Of a stretch of DNA of 37,200 nucleotides, positions 16,386 to 27,008 are shown one piece after another; position 1 is the first letter of the stretch; each line of letters starts with the position of its first letter. A model generated the notes under the pieces. It did no database searches. It was not told the origin of the DNA and saw nothing but the letters and a program-made list of their open reading frames with translations. The DNA lies in IMG/VR virus record IMGVR_UViG_2526164668_000026. One strand, 5' to 3'. Source of the stretch: a virus. Its lineage: Duplodnaviria > Heunggongvirae > Uroviricota > Caudoviricetes. The translations under genes and the position numbers were made by a program.

Positions 16386-17186
16386 ATGATTACTCCTGCA
16401 CAGCAACACTGGCAGAACGTGATGGCACAGCGCGCAGGCCGGGCGAATGAAGGCGTGGACCACGCCGCGCGTACCGCGCATGAAGAGGTGCTGTATCGTC
16501 TGCGTCTGGCACAGGCACGGCTTAAGGGCGTACAGGCCAGAAGCGCGAAAGCCGCCATCAAAAAAGAGTTATTGCCGGACTTTTCCGGCTGGATTGAGGG
16601 AACGCTGGAGGCTGACGGCGGGCAGCAGGATGAAGTGATTGCCACGCTGATGGTGTGGGCGATTGACTGCGGCGATCTTCCGCTGGCGCTGCGTATTGGT
16701 GCATATGTGGTCCGTCACAACCTCATCATGCCGGATAACTTTGGACGTACTGCTGCCACGGTACTGACCGAAGAAATCTGCAACCCGGTACTGACGCAGG
16801 CCGGGACGGATGCCGACGCGGATTTATCCGCCTTTATCGAACCACTGGACACACTTTGGGAAATTGTCGCCAACCAGGACATGCCGGACGAAGTGCGCGC
16901 CAAATTATGCAAGGCGTGTGCCTTTGCCCGTCGTGGCCTGACCGATGCAGACAGCATGGCCTCATCACTGAAGCTGCTGCGCGAAGCGATGCACCTGAAC
17001 CCGAACGCAGGTGTGAAACGCGAGATTGCAACCCTTTCCCGCGCCCTGAAAAAAGCCGATTCCGCAGGCACATCAGAAGACGCCAGCGCACAGCAGGCGC
17101 AGGACGAAAGCAGCAAAAGTAAAAAGACAACGCGGAAGCCTGCAACACGAAAAACCACCGCGACGCAGAAGGCGAAGCGCGGTTAA
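16386..17186 (+). CDS. M: Terminase small/endonuclease subunit (P2 gpM-like)
   Basis: 266-aa ORF following the capsid gene; highly basic C-terminal tail (KKTTRKPATRKTTATQKAKRG). Confidence 0.8.
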   Translation: MITPAQQHWQNVMAQRAGRANEGVDHAARTAHEEVLYRLRLAQARLKGVQARSAKAAIKKELLPDFSGWIEGTLEADGGQQDEVIATLMVWAIDCGDLPLALRIGAYVVRHNLIMPDNFGRTAATVLTEEICNPVLTQAGTDADADLSAFIEPLDTLWEIVANQDMPDEVRAKLCKACAFARRGLTDADSMASSLKLLREAMHLNPNAGVKREIATLSRALKKADSAGTSEDASAQQAQDESSKSKKTTRKPATRKTTATQKAKRG

Positions 17187-17203
17187 CGACTGACCCCGTC
17201 AGC

Positions 17204-17276
17204 GGGCGGCGTGCGCGGTGTTCCGGTTTGACTCCGTGACCGTTTACACCGCGCACCCACCGCCCGATTTTTTTCA
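17204..17276 (+). terminator. Long imperfect stem-loop followed by a T-run between M and L (candidate terminator/attenuator)
   Basis: cgggcggcgtgcgcggtg (17204-17221) pairs with caccgcgcacccaccgcccg (17249-17268), followed by attttttt. Confidence 0.4.
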
Positions 17277-17288
17277 GGAGTGAACCCC

Positions 17289-17783
17289 ATGAGTATGGTT
17301 GCCAGAACTGAACCAGGACCCGCAGAGGACGACATCACCGATACCGATGATGGCGACACTCGCATTTCAGCAGGTGCATTCTGGCCGGATATTGTGCTGC
17401 GCGAGCTGCGTCTGGCGGTACGACTGCCGGGCCGCGTGACCACCTCCCGCCTGCTGCATACTGCCACCGGGGCTGTGGCACACGTTACCCGCGAGTTGGA
17501 AGCATGGCAGCAGGAACAGCAGGCGGCTGGCCATCAGACGCTGGCCGATGTTCCGGCACCCGTAATTAACGGAGAAAGCGTCAATCTCTGGCACTGGCGC
17601 AATGCGGTTTACACCGCCACACGCGCCCTGATTCTGGAGCGTTACCGCGATGCGGACACAACGGATAAGGGCGACCGCCGGGCGGACGCACTGGATATAC
17701 AGACATCGGATTTGTGGCGTGATGTGAGCTGGGCCATCTCTGACATTCTGTGCCGCCCACGAATCTTTGCGGAGTTGTGCTGA
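17289..17783 (+). CDS. L: Head completion/stabilisation protein (P2 gpL-like)
   Basis: ATG at 17289 preceded by CAGGAG RBS; position after M as in P2. Confidence 0.75.
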   Translation: MSMVARTEPGPAEDDITDTDDGDTRISAGAFWPDIVLRELRLAVRLPGRVTTSRLLHTATGAVAHVTRELEAWQQEQQAAGHQTLADVPAPVINGESVNLWHWRNAVYTATRALILERYRDADTTDKGDRRADALDIQTSDLWRDVSWAISDILCRPRIFAELC

Positions 17784-17983
17784 TGAAAGTAAAGGCACTG
17801 GAAGGCGACACCGTGGATTCGCTCTGTTTCCGGTACTACGGCACGACGCAGGGCGTCACCGAAAAGGTGCTGGATGCCAACCCCGGACTCTGTCAGCAGG
17901 TATTTCTGGACGCCGGGCAGGAAGTGGAGATGCCGGAGCCGGAGAAGAAGAAACGAGAAATGATTCAGTTGTGGGGGGAGTAG
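17783..17983 (+). CDS. X: Tail protein X (P2 gpX-like)
   Basis: MKVKALEGDTVDSLCFRYYGTTQGVTEKVLDANPGL.. matches the gpX pattern; ATG overlaps the L stop (TGATG). Confidence 0.7.
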   Translation: MKVKALEGDTVDSLCFRYYGTTQGVTEKVLDANPGLCQQVFLDAGQEVEMPEPEKKKREMIQLWGE

Positions 17984-17985
17984 CA

Positions 17986-18309
17986 GTGAGCACCATTCAA
18001 ACAGGGATCACAGAGCAGGTTATTGCGTGGCTCTTTGACCACCTGCCAACGGTGTATGCAGTAGGCGCGGCGGTCAGCATTTCCGCGCTGATGAGTCTTT
18101 ATGACGGACGAACACTGGTTCAGACCGTAACGGGATCGCTGGCGTGCGGCGTTCTTGCCATGGCCGTGGCCGGGTCGTTGCGCTTCTTCGGGTTTCCTGA
18201 AGATGCCGTGACGTTTATCGGCGCATCAATCGGTTTTATGGGTGCAGAGAAAGCACGCGACAAGGTTATTGCGGCCTTTAATCGCAGGGTGAAGGAGAAG
18301 GACGAATGA
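17986..18309 (+). CDS. Holin (three predicted TM segments, charged C-terminus)
   Basis: GTG start after the X stop; three hydrophobic segments and KARDKVIAAFNRRVKEKDE tail; immediately upstream of the endolysin. Confidence 0.6.
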   Translation: MSTIQTGITEQVIAWLFDHLPTVYAVGAAVSISALMSLYDGRTLVQTVTGSLACGVLAMAVAGSLRFFGFPEDAVTFIGASIGFMGAEKARDKVIAAFNRRVKEKDE

Positions 18310-18698
18310 GCAACACATTTAAATTCAGCAGCCGGAGCGAAAAGAATTTGCAGGGCGTAAATCCTGATCTGGTGAAAGTGACCCGACGGGCACTGGAAAT
18401 CTCGGAAGTGGATTTTGGTATCACCGAAGGGTTGCGCAGCCGTTACCGCCAGAAGCAACTTGTGGCCACGGGTAAGAGCCAGACCATGAACAGCCGCCAC
18501 CTTACGGGGCATGCCGTGGATGTTGTGGCTTATATCGGCAGCCAGGTGTCATGGGAATGGCCGCTGTACGAAAAAATCGCAGCAGCATTCAGACAGGCCA
18601 GCCGGGAACTGAATATTCCGGTGGAATGGGGCGGCGACTGGAAGACCCTGAAAGACGGACCGCATTTTCAGTTACCGCACGGAGTTTATCCGGCATGA
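18306..18698 (+). CDS. Endolysin, peptidase M15-type (L-alanyl-D-glutamate peptidase family)
   Basis: 130-aa ORF with metal-binding-like pattern (..SRHLTGHAVDV.. ..GPHFQL); lysis-cassette position. Confidence 0.75.
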   Translation: MSNTFKFSSRSEKNLQGVNPDLVKVTRRALEISEVDFGITEGLRSRYRQKQLVATGKSQTMNSRHLTGHAVDVVAYIGSQVSWEWPLYEKIAAAFRQASRELNIPVEWGGDWKTLKDGPHFQLPHGVYPA

Positions 18699-19102
18699 AG
18701 CTCTGGCCCACGCTGGGCGTCGCTTTTCTTCTGATTGCCGCCTGGGGAGCATCCATGCGTCTGTCGTGGTCACTGGGCCGGGAGAACGCCAGAAACGAAG
18801 CGCAGGCCAGCACCCTGAAAAGTACCGTCGACACCCTGAATATCATCAGCGCCGGGGTACAGGATATGCAGCAGGTGCTGGCACAACTCCGCGCGGAAAA
18901 TCAGCAACGCAATCAGGACGGAGAGGCCAGACGTGAACAGCTACGCAACGATATTGCAAAAGATGAATGCGCCCACGCTTTGCCTGACGCTCGTTTTACT
19001 GACAGGTTGCGCAGGCACGCAGAACGCGCCACGGCCAGCGCCGTCAGTCCGGCTTATACCGCAGACGCTGACCATACCGGTAATGCCTCCCCCCTTCCCT
19101 GA
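18695..19102 (+). CDS. i-spanin (Rz/LysB-like)
   Basis: ATG overlaps the endolysin stop (ATGA); N-terminal TM (LWPTLGVAFLLIAAWGA), then a Gln/Arg-rich coiled-coil-like region. Confidence 0.7.
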   Translation: MKLWPTLGVAFLLIAAWGASMRLSWSLGRENARNEAQASTLKSTVDTLNIISAGVQDMQQVLAQLRAENQQRNQDGEARREQLRNDIAKDECAHALPDARFTDRLRRHAERATASAVSPAYTADADHTGNASPLP

Positions 19103-19253
19103 TACTCCCACATGGGGAAATCTCGGTATATGGGGCGACCGCCTTCTGGATGCACTGGAAACCTGTAACGCGGATAAACGGGCCATTGAATTACTGGAAC
19201 AGCGCAGGCTGCAACGACTGAACAACGAGGACAACAACCATGCTGAAAACTGA
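18963..19253 (+). CDS. o-spanin (Rz1/LysC-like lipoprotein), overlapping the i-spanin in another frame
   Basis: MNAPTLCLTLVLLTGCAG.. with lipobox LLTGC, Pro-rich mature region; begins inside the i-spanin gene and extends past its end. Confidence 0.65.
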   Translation: MNAPTLCLTLVLLTGCAGTQNAPRPAPSVRLIPQTLTIPVMPPPFPDTPTWGNLGIWGDRLLDALETCNADKRAIELLEQRRLQRLNNEDNNHAEN

Positions 19254-19707
19254 TTCCCTGCGTGAAGCCATGACCCGTTCATGCCGATGGTGTCAGGCCA
19301 ACCCGGAAAAATTCACCATTTTCGTGGAGAGCGGCAACATTGAAACGACCGGAGAAACGCCCTCGTTTGTTTACCGCTATCAGATGGTGATGTTTGTCAT
19401 GGATTACGCCGGGGAGCTGGACGACCTCACGCTGCCGCTACTGGCGTGGTTATCAGAAAATCAGCCACAGTTGTTGCTCAATCCGGAGCGTAATCAGGAC
19501 ATCAAATTCTCCGCCGTTATCAATGACGATGACAGCGCCGATCTCCTGTTTACGCTCCCTCTGCGGGAACGCGTTCGCATCACGCGCAGCAGTCAGGGCA
19601 CGCCGCAGGCAGAACACCTGCCGGAGCCAAAACCCCGCCTGCCATCTTCCGAAGGCGACTGGTCGCATGTATTCCAGGATGTGACGTGGGGTGAAAGCGA
19701 TGGATAA
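19240..19707 (+). CDS. R: Tail completion protein (P2 gpR-like)
   Basis: 155-aa ORF in the canonical position after the lysis genes. Confidence 0.75.
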   Translation: MLKTDSLREAMTRSCRWCQANPEKFTIFVESGNIETTGETPSFVYRYQMVMFVMDYAGELDDLTLPLLAWLSENQPQLLLNPERNQDIKFSAVINDDDSADLLFTLPLRERVRITRSSQGTPQAEHLPEPKPRLPSSEGDWSHVFQDVTWGESDG

Positions 19708-20335
19708 GGCATTCACCCGCGTGGATGAAACCTTTGAGGCCATCCGCGACAGCCTGAATCAGCAGGCCATCAATAACATCGCCAGAAAGCTGGCACAGGA
19801 TTTACGCCGCGCCCAGCAGGCGCGTATCCGGTCACAAAAAGCGCCGGACGGGACTGCGTGGACACCACGCAGACGCCGCGTAACCCGGATACAGGAACGC
19901 ATTCGCTTTATCTGGAATAACGAAGCACGCACGCTGAAAAACTGGCATCACGACACGGGGAAATACGGGCGAACCATTACCGGGTGGGATGAGGATAAAA
20001 ATAATATCCGCACGTTTTACCGGGATGACATCAACCGTTTTCTGGAAATACGCACCCGGCGCATCAACCAGGACAGCACAAAGCGCGTCCCCATGTTCGT
20101 AAAACTGCGCACCGCCCGCTACCTGAAAGCCCGTGCAGATGCTTCCGGTGTGACGGTGGGTTACAGCGGCGTGGCCGCACGTATTGCCCGCGTTCATCAG
20201 TTCGGTGAGCGCGATCAGGTTGCGCCGGGCATTTTCACCGATTACCCGGTACGTGAGCTGCTGGGTATCAGCCAGGCAGATGAGCGCCTGATTTATAACA
20301 CGGTGCTGGGCCGGATTGCGGAGGCTGTACGGTGA
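19691..20335 (+). CDS. S: Tail completion/virion morphogenesis protein (P2 gpS-like)
   Basis: 214-aa ORF after R; exact start uncertain (possibly ATG at 19700). Confidence 0.75.
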   Translation: MKAMDKAFTRVDETFEAIRDSLNQQAINNIARKLAQDLRRAQQARIRSQKAPDGTAWTPRRRRVTRIQERIRFIWNNEARTLKNWHHDTGKYGRTITGWDEDKNNIRTFYRDDINRFLEIRTRRINQDSTKRVPMFVKLRTARYLKARADASGVTVGYSGVAARIARVHQFGERDQVAPGIFTDYPVRELLGISQADERLIYNTVLGRIAEAVR

Positions 20336-20913
20336 GCGCAGAACTCATGCGACTGCTGAGCAATATCATCCGCACCGGGATCATCTCTGAAGTTGATGAG
20401 AAGTCCTGGCGCGTGCGCGTTCGCAGCGGCGAACTGGAAACAGGCTGGTTGCGCTGGAACACCACGCGCGCGGGAGCCTTCAATGTGTGGCTGCCGCCAT
20501 CACCAGGCGAACAGGTGGTAATTGCCTGCATTGGCGGCAACCCGGAAACCGCCATGATAATTGGTAGCCTGTGGAGTGATGCCAGTCCGGCCCCCGGCAA
20601 AAGCCTGAAAGAAATCGTGGTCAGCGCGCCGGATGGCGCGGTGTTCCGCTACGACGCGGACGCAGGCGCACTGAGCGCCAGCGGCATGAAAACAGCCACC
20701 CTGCAGGCATCCGTCAGCGTGACACTGGATACGCCCGTCGTGGAATGCACAGACCTTCTGAGAACAGCGACGCTTGACGTCACAAAAGGGGGAAAGATGA
20801 GCGGCAATATCACGCATAGCGGCGGCGATTTCACCTCAAACGGCATCACAGTGCATACGCATAAGCACGGTGGCGTTAAAGGTGGCAGCGATTCGACAGG
20901 AGGCCCGCAGTGA
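20332..20913 (+). CDS. V: Baseplate spike/assembly protein (P2 gpV-like)
   Basis: 193-aa ORF with Gly-rich C-terminus (HTHKHGGVKGGSDSTGGPQ); canonical position. Confidence 0.8.
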   Translation: MSAELMRLLSNIIRTGIISEVDEKSWRVRVRSGELETGWLRWNTTRAGAFNVWLPPSPGEQVVIACIGGNPETAMIIGSLWSDASPAPGKSLKEIVVSAPDGAVFRYDADAGALSASGMKTATLQASVSVTLDTPVVECTDLLRTATLDVTKGGKMSGNITHSGGDFTSNGITVHTHKHGGVKGGSDSTGGPQ

Positions 20914-21260
20914 CAACCCGCTACACAGGAATGAATCCGGACGGGACGGGAAACCTGAACGATACGGAGCACCTGAAACAGTCAGTCAGGGACATCCTGA
21001 CCACCCCGCTGGCAAGCCGGGTTATGCGACGGGAATATGGCAGCCTTGTGCCTGATTTAATTGACGAACCCATGAATAACACAACTCGTCTGCAATGCAT
21101 GAGTGCTGCCGTGATTGCGCTGACACGATGGGAACCCCGCATTGCCCTGGACGCCATCGACGTTGTCTGGAAGGCAGGAGGCCGCGCCGGGGTGACGCTG
21201 TCGGGCACTGTCATGCAGACCATGCAGAATGTTGAATTAACCATCACGCTAAGGGAGTAA
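20910..21260 (+). CDS. W: Baseplate wedge protein (P2 gpW-like)
   Basis: 116-aa ORF coupled to V; canonical position. Confidence 0.8.
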   Translation: MTTRYTGMNPDGTGNLNDTEHLKQSVRDILTTPLASRVMRREYGSLVPDLIDEPMNNTTRLQCMSAAVIALTRWEPRIALDAIDVVWKAGGRAGVTLSGTVMQTMQNVELTITLRE

Positions 21261-21263
21261 ATC

Positions 21264-22160
21264 ATGCCTGCTGTTGACCTTTCCCAGTTACCGGAACCCG
21301 CCATCATCGCGGAGCCTGATTTTGAGGCAATTCTGGCTGACACAAAGGCCATGATGATTGCGTCCTATCCTGCCGAACAGCGTGAAGCCGTCTCCGCCGC
21401 GCTGGAGCTGGAATCGGAACCCCTGAACGTTATCGCTCAAACCATGTCTTTTCGTGAAATGCTGTTACGCCAGCGGGTCAATGAGGGTGCACGCGCCTGC
21501 ATGCTAAGCCACAGCGCCGGGACAGACCTGGACAACCTCGCGGGCAATATGAACACAAAGCGCCTGGTTATCACTCCGGCAACGGATACCACCGACGCAG
21601 TGATGGAAAGTGACACCTCGCTGAGACTGCGGGCGCAACGGGCGTACGACGGCCTGAGTGTTGCTGGCCCGTCAGGTGCATACGAGTATTTTGCACGCAG
21701 CGCCAGCGGTCTGGTACGCGATGCGCGGGCCATCAGCCCGTCTCCGGCCAACGTGACGGTTTCCATCCTGTCCACTGAGGGCGACGGCACAGCAACGGAG
21801 GCGTTGCTTAATACCGTTCGCGCCGTTCTGAATGCAGAGGATACCCGCCCGGTGGCCGACCGCCTGACCGTACAGAGTGCCAGAATCGTGACATGGCGGC
21901 TGAATGCAAAACTGTACTTTTACCCCGGCCCGGAATCCGAACCTATTCTGGCCGCGGCTGAATCGTCGTTCAGGAAGTGGCTGGCTGAGCAGGGGCTTAT
22001 CGGTCAGGACGTGGCGTTGTCCGCCATTGCTGCCGCACTGCATGTGCACGGTGTGCAACGCGTGGAGATAATCGAACCCACACAGAATATGGCCATCAGC
22101 GACATACAGGCGGCGCGCTGTGAGTCATTCACCATCAGCGAAGGTGGACGCAATGAGTAA
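21264..22160 (+). CDS. J: Baseplate protein (P2 gpJ-like)
   Basis: 298-aa ORF following W. Confidence 0.8.
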   Translation: MPAVDLSQLPEPAIIAEPDFEAILADTKAMMIASYPAEQREAVSAALELESEPLNVIAQTMSFREMLLRQRVNEGARACMLSHSAGTDLDNLAGNMNTKRLVITPATDTTDAVMESDTSLRLRAQRAYDGLSVAGPSGAYEYFARSASGLVRDARAISPSPANVTVSILSTEGDGTATEALLNTVRAVLNAEDTRPVADRLTVQSARIVTWRLNAKLYFYPGPESEPILAAAESSFRKWLAEQGLIGQDVALSAIAAALHVHGVQRVEIIEPTQNMAISDIQAARCESFTISEGGRNE

Positions 22161-22683
22161 TTCACTGTTACCACCATCAGCCAGCAATTTCATGCGTTGT
22201 GCCGAAGCCGTCGGAACACGCATTACAGACATTCCGGTAGACCTCAACACGCTGTGGTCGCCGGACACCTGCCCGGTGCATCTGCTGCCTTATCTCGCCT
22301 GGGCATTTTCCGTTGACCGCTGGGATCGCAACTGGCCGGAAGAGACAAAGCGACAGGTGATTCGTGATGCATGGCTGATACACCGACACAAAGGGACCAT
22401 CAGCGCACTGCGCCGGGCCATTGAGCCGCTGGGATACCTCATTCGTGTGTCTGAGTGGTGGGAGTTCGGCGGAGAACCGGGAACATTTACCGTTGAAGTC
22501 GGCACGCTGGACAGTGGCGTGACGGAGGAAATGTATCTGGAAATGGAGCGGTTGATTGCTGATGCCCGCCCGGTCAGCCGCCACATGACAGGGCTGAATA
22601 TCATTCAGGAGATCCCGGGGGATATTTTCGCGGCGGCAGCAACTTACGACGGTGAAGTCATTACCATTTATCCAGGCGATTAA
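22153..22683 (+). CDS. I: Baseplate/tail fibre attachment protein (P2 gpI-like)
   Basis: ATG at 22153 overlaps the J stop (MSNSLLPPSAS..); the ORF-track start at 22120 is probably too early. Confidence 0.75.
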   Translation: MSNSLLPPSASNFMRCAEAVGTRITDIPVDLNTLWSPDTCPVHLLPYLAWAFSVDRWDRNWPEETKRQVIRDAWLIHRHKGTISALRRAIEPLGYLIRVSEWWEFGGEPGTFTVEVGTLDSGVTEEMYLEMERLIADARPVSRHMTGLNIIQEIPGDIFAAAATYDGEVITIYPGD

Positions 22684-22685
22684 GC

Positions 22686-24914
22686 ATGAGTACCACAACA
22701 CGAAAATTTAAAACCGTTATCACCGATACGGGTGCAAAAAAATTAGCTCAGGCAGCCGCGCCAGATGGTAAGCCTGTCCGCCTGACTCATATGGCCGTGG
22801 GCGACGGTGGCGGCACGTTGCCCACACCAGACAGTAAGCAGACCCGTCTGGTGCATGAGGTGTGGCGACATACTGTTAATCGCGTCATCCTGGACGCAAC
22901 ACATCAGAACCGCATTATTGCGGAGCTGGTTATTCCTCCTGAAACGGGCGGATTCTGGATCCGGGAAATTGGTGTATTTGATGAGCACGGCGATTTAATC
23001 GCGGTGGGCAATACTGCCGAAAGTTACAAACCAACCGTTGCCGAGGGGTCCGGACGTGCACAAACATTTCGCACCATTCTGACCGTATCCAGCACTGCCA
23101 CCGTGGCGCTTACCGTGGATAACACCATGGTGATGGCCACAGTGGATTACGTGGATGACAAACTGAAAGAGCATGAACAGTCACGACGTCACCCGGACGC
23201 CTCGCTGACCGCAAAAGGCTTTGTTCAACTCAGTAGCGCCACTAACAGCGTGTCTGAAACGCAGGCTGCAACGCCGAAAGCAGTAAAGGCCGCGTATGAT
23301 CTTGCTAACGGTAAATATACTGCGCAGGATGCCAGCACGACGCGAAAAGGCCTTGTCCAGCTCAGTAGCGCCACCAACAGCACGTCTGAAACGCAGGCTG
23401 CAACGCCGAAAGCAGTAAAGGCCGCGTATGACCTTGCTAACGCAAAATATACCGCTCAGGACGCTACGACGGCACAAAAAGGGATAGTCCAGCTCAGTAG
23501 TGCCACCAACAGCACGTCTGAAACACTGGCCGCGACATCGAAAGCGGTTAAGGCGGTAATGGATGAAACGAACAAGAAAGCGCCCTTAAACAGTCCTGCG
23601 TTGACCGGAACGCCAACAACGCCAACTGCGCGACAGGGAACGAATAATACCCAAATCGCAAGCACGGCTTTCGTTATGGCTGCGATTGCCGCCCTTGTAG
23701 ATTCGTCACCTGACGCACTGAATACGCTGAACGAGTTAGCGGCGGCGCTGGGAAACGACCCGAATTTTGCGACCACCATGACTAACGCGCTTGCGGGTAA
23801 GCAACCGAAAGATGCCACCCTGACGGCGCTGGCCGGGCTTGCTACTGCGGCAGACAAGTTTCCGTATTTTACGGGGAATGATGTCGCCAGCCTGGCAACC
23901 CTGACAAAAGTCGGGCGGGATATTCTTGCGAAATCGACCGTTGCCGCCGTTATCGAATACCTCGGTTTACAAGAAACGGTAAATCAGGCTTCTGGCGCAT
24001 TACAGAAAAACCAGAACGGCGCAGATATTCCAGGAAAAGATACCTTCACAAAAAATATTGGTGCATGTCGCGCTTTTCACAGTGCTATTAGTACAGGGGC
24101 AGGGAACTGGACAACGGCACAATTGATTGAATGGCTGGATTCTCAAGGGGCATTCAATCACCCATACTGGATGTGCAAATGTTCATGGTCATACGGCAAT
24201 AATAAAATTATTACCGATACTGGCTGTGGAACTATTCATCTTGCAGGTTGCGTTATTGAGGTTATGGGTAATAAAGGTGCCATGACCATCCGTGTAACAA
24301 CACCAAGCACTTCCACCGGAGGCGGCATCACTAACGCTCAATTCACTTATATTAATCATGGTGATGCTTATGCTCCTGGCTGGCGAAGAGACTACAACAC
24401 GAAAAACCAGCAGCCTGCATTTGCTTTAGGGCAAACAGGAAGCAGGGTTGCAAATGATAAAGCTGTTGGCTGGAACTGGAATAGCGGCGTTTATGATGCA
24501 GATATCAGTGGCGCATCGACATTAATCCTCCACTTTAATATGAATGCGGGGAGTTGCCCTGCTGTACAGTTCCGCGTGAATTATAAAAACGGCGGTATCT
24601 TTTATCGTTCAGCGCGTGATGGTTATGGCTTTGAAGCTAACTGGTCAGAGTTTTACACCACAACCCGCAAACCCTCTGCGGGGGATGTTGGTGCATATAC
24701 GCAGGCAGAATGTAACTCAAGGTTTATTACAGGTATTCGCCTGGGCGGTCTGTCATCTGTTCAGACATGGAATGGTCCCGGCTGGTCTGACAGGTCAGGT
24801 TATGTCGTTACAGGTTCAGTTAACGGAAACCGTGATGAATTAATTGATACAACACAGGCAAGGCCAATTCAGTATTGCATTAATGGAACGTGGTATAACG
24901 CGGGGAGTATTTAA
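22686..24914 (+). CDS. H: Tail fibre protein (P2 gpH-like); C-terminal third lies inside the invertible segment
   Basis: 742-aa ORF; three tandem ~44-aa fibre repeats; reads across the left crossover site at 23950-23975; followed by the assembly chaperone gene. Confidence 0.9.
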   Translation: MSTTTRKFKTVITDTGAKKLAQAAAPDGKPVRLTHMAVGDGGGTLPTPDSKQTRLVHEVWRHTVNRVILDATHQNRIIAELVIPPETGGFWIREIGVFDEHGDLIAVGNTAESYKPTVAEGSGRAQTFRTILTVSSTATVALTVDNTMVMATVDYVDDKLKEHEQSRRHPDASLTAKGFVQLSSATNSVSETQAATPKAVKAAYDLANGKYTAQDASTTRKGLVQLSSATNSTSETQAATPKAVKAAYDLANAKYTAQDATTAQKGIVQLSSATNSTSETLAATSKAVKAVMDETNKKAPLNSPALTGTPTTPTARQGTNNTQIASTAFVMAAIAALVDSSPDALNTLNELAAALGNDPNFATTMTNALAGKQPKDATLTALAGLATAADKFPYFTGNDVASLATLTKVGRDILAKSTVAAVIEYLGLQETVNQASGALQKNQNGADIPGKDTFTKNIGACRAFHSAISTGAGNWTTAQLIEWLDSQGAFNHPYWMCKCSWSYGNNKIITDTGCGTIHLAGCVIEVMGNKGAMTIRVTTPSTSTGGGITNAQFTYINHGDAYAPGWRRDYNTKNQQPAFALGQTGSRVANDKAVGWNWNSGVYDADISGASTLILHFNMNAGSCPAVQFRVNYKNGGIFYRSARDGYGFEANWSEFYTTTRKPSAGDVGAYTQAECNSRFITGIRLGGLSSVQTWNGPGWSDRSGYVVTGSVNGNRDELIDTTQARPIQYCINGTWYNAGSI
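23217..23585 (+). repeat. Three tandem ~132-bp coding repeats within H
   Basis: Units start at 23217, 23349 and 23481 (ggc[tc]ttgt[tc]ca[ag]ctcagtagcgcca...); encode [11 protein letters not shown].SET.AAT.KAVKA... Confidence 0.85.
23950..23975. promoter_or_regulatory. Left crossover site of the invertible segment (gix/cix/hix-like)
   Basis: ttatcgaatacc-tc-ggtttacaagaa is an imperfect 12-2-12 dyad and the inverted partner of the site at 27009-27034; it starts an ~85-bp inverted repeat (23950-24037 vs 26947-27034). Confidence 0.7.
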
Positions 24915-24916
24915 TC

Positions 24917-25450
24917 ATGATGCACTTAAAAAACATTACTGCTGGCAATCCTAAAACGAAAGAACAATACCAGCTAACAAAGCAATTTAACATCAAATGG
25001 CTTTATTCAGATGATGGAAAAAACTGGTATGAGGAACAAAAGAACTTTCAGCCTGATACGTTGAAAATGGTCTATGACCGTAACGGCGTTATTATTTGTA
25101 TTGAAAAGGATGTTTCAGCAATTAATCCAGAAGGCGCAAGCGTCGTTGAGGTTCCTGATATTACAGCAAATCGCCGGGCTGATATTTCGGGTAAATGGAT
25201 GTTCAAAGATGGCGTAGTGGTAAAGCGAACTTATACCGAGGAAGAGCAGAGGCAGCAGGCGGAAAATGAAAAGCAAAGCCTGCTACAGCTCGTCAGGGAT
25301 AAAGCCCAGCTATGGGACTCACAGCTACGGCTGGGCATCATTTCCGACGAGAATAAACAAAAATTAACCGAGTGGATGCTCTATGCGCAGAAAGTCGAAT
25401 CTACAGACACTTCCAGCCTGCCAGTAACGTTTCCCGAACAACCAGAATGA
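24917..25450 (+). CDS. G: Tail fibre assembly chaperone (P2 gpG-like), active orientation
   Basis: 177-aa ORF directly after H; N-terminus [24 protein letters not shown] nearly identical to the convergent minus-strand paralogue. Confidence 0.85.
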   Translation: MMHLKNITAGNPKTKEQYQLTKQFNIKWLYSDDGKNWYEEQKNFQPDTLKMVYDRNGVIICIEKDVSAINPEGASVVEVPDITANRRADISGKWMFKDGVVVKRTYTEEEQRQQAENEKQSLLQLVRDKAQLWDSQLRLGIISDENKQKLTEWMLYAQKVESTDTSSLPVTFPEQPE

Positions 25451-25477
25451 GGCAAGGCCCGCTATCGGGCCTTAATT

Positions 25478-26005
25478 TTACTCTGGTTTTTGTGGCCATT
25501 CTGGCTTTGCCGTATCCACACGGCTGACCAGAACACTGTAGCGTTCCCATGCTTCCAGTCGTGTGCGCTCCTCGTCTGTTGCCATATTCAGCCTGACAGC
25601 GCGTTCCAGCGGCTGGATGACTGATTCAGCTTCGGAAAGCAATGCGGCCTTTTGTAATTCGGCCTGTTGTTGCTGTTCGTCTGCCGTATAAATCCGTTTA
25701 ACTACAGCTCCATCCTTAAACATCCACTTACCGGAATCATCAGCGCGGCGGTTGGCTGTAATATCGGGAACCTCAACGACGCTAAAACCTTCAGGGTTAA
25801 GCGTGGAGGCATCTCTAGTGATGGCGACAATAATATTATTTGCATCGTAAACAATCTTTATTGTGTCTGGCTGAAAGTTTTTCACTTCCTCATACCAGTT
25901 TTTTTCGTCCTCGGAGTAAAGCCAGATGACTCCGTACTTCTTTGTTAACTCATACTGTTCCAGTGTTTTAGCGTTACCCGCTTTTATGTTCTTTAAGTGC
26001 ATCAT
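25478..26005 (-). CDS. Alternative tail fibre assembly chaperone (G'), in the invertible segment
   Basis: 175-aa ORF, N-terminus [24 protein letters not shown]; convergent with G. Confidence 0.8.
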   Translation of the reverse strand: MMHLKNIKAGNAKTLEQYELTKKYGVIWLYSEDEKNWYEEVKNFQPDTIKIVYDANNIIVAITRDASTLNPEGFSVVEVPDITANRRADDSGKWMFKDGAVVKRIYTADEQQQQAELQKAALLSEAESVIQPLERAVRLNMATDEERTRLEAWERYSVLVSRVDTAKPEWPQKPE

Positions 26006-26006
26006 A

Positions 26007-26984
26007 TTAAACGCTCGCTACATTATACCAAGTGCCATTTATATACTTTTGAACGGGTCTGTAATAAACGCCCGCTATATTATCGGCAGAATTGGACCCT
26101 GTATCCTGAACATTAATACCAGACAATACATGACCTGACGGGCACTGGAAATTCCATGTTTGCCAGTTGTTCACTCCATAATATTGCTGTGAACCAAGTC
26201 GAACATCTTTCACATAACGGGAATCAAAGTTACCGTAATCTGAGGGATTAACACGACCTGTAATATTTATGGTTTTATTACTTTGAATACTGCCGGAGAC
26301 AAAGCGCATAACATGGACGTTATTAGCATAAACATCCAGATACCCGTCGCCATTTTGTTTAAATCCCGTGTCATTATCACCCAAAACAATCGAGTTACCA
26401 CCAAGAGCACTGGATGTTCCGATGCCCAGTGCACCATTCAATTGACCGCCAGATAATGACAACGCCCCAACCTCAGCAGCAGTCGGTTTAATGTGCGAAC
26501 TGTAAATTACATATACAGTTCCATCTGTCAGGCCTGTTGGTTTATTCGCTGTATAAGTTGGTGATGTATGAATCGTTACGCTGGCGTTACTGGTATAATC
26601 CCACTGAATATTAACACCTGTGGCGTAATTACCTATTTCAACATAAACATCATAGGTATCACCGGATGTATTCACCCATGCAAAATTAGTAAATCCAACC
26701 GAGGTCCGTCGCCATAATGCACCAGTAATACCTTTTGGATTTCCATTTCCGGCACGCAGAACCAGCTCAGAGATGCCTGCTTGATGCGGGGAGCCAACGT
26801 TAAACCCTGCGCCACCAATCAGGCTTATGTAAACCACGGAACTGGCTTGTGGCATTGTTACAGTTGCCAGTTTGAACCATCCTGCACCACCATTAAAAGA
26901 CATGGTTGTTGAATTTGTTGCTCCAATATTGCGCAGGAATAATCTTTTATCAGGAATATCTGCGCCATTCTGGTTTTTCTGCAA
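26007..26984 (-). CDS. Alternative tail fibre C-terminal cassette (fused to H only after inversion)
   Basis: 325-aa ORF beginning [11 protein letters not shown].., the same peptide that H reads just inside the left crossover site (..[15 protein letters not shown]..); no upstream gene on its strand. Confidence 0.75.
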   Translation of the reverse strand: MQKNQNGADIPDKRLFLRNIGATNSTTMSFNGGAGWFKLATVTMPQASSVVYISLIGGAGFNVGSPHQAGISELVLRAGNGNPKGITGALWRRTSVGFTNFAWVNTSGDTYDVYVEIGNYATGVNIQWDYTSNASVTIHTSPTYTANKPTGLTDGTVYVIYSSHIKPTAAEVGALSLSGGQLNGALGIGTSSALGGNSIVLGDNDTGFKQNGDGYLDVYANNVHVMRFVSGSIQSNKTINITGRVNPSDYGNFDSRYVKDVRLGSQQYYGVNNWQTWNFQCPSGHVLSGINVQDTGSNSADNIAGVYYRPVQKYINGTWYNVASV

Positions 26985-27008
26985 CGCACCAGAAGCCTGA
27001 TTTACCGT

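Noticed and set aside
16358-17256. Antisense and alternative-frame ORFs overlapping the small terminase gene (16358..16645, 16715..17158, 16834..17256)
   Set aside because: Overlap a well-supported gene in the canonical position; Arg/Ala-rich translations.
23217-23585. Possibility that the tandem repeats are a CRISPR array
   Set aside because: The repeats are 132 bp, contiguous with no spacers, and in frame within the tail fibre gene; no CRISPR-like repeat-spacer structure was seen anywhere in the window.
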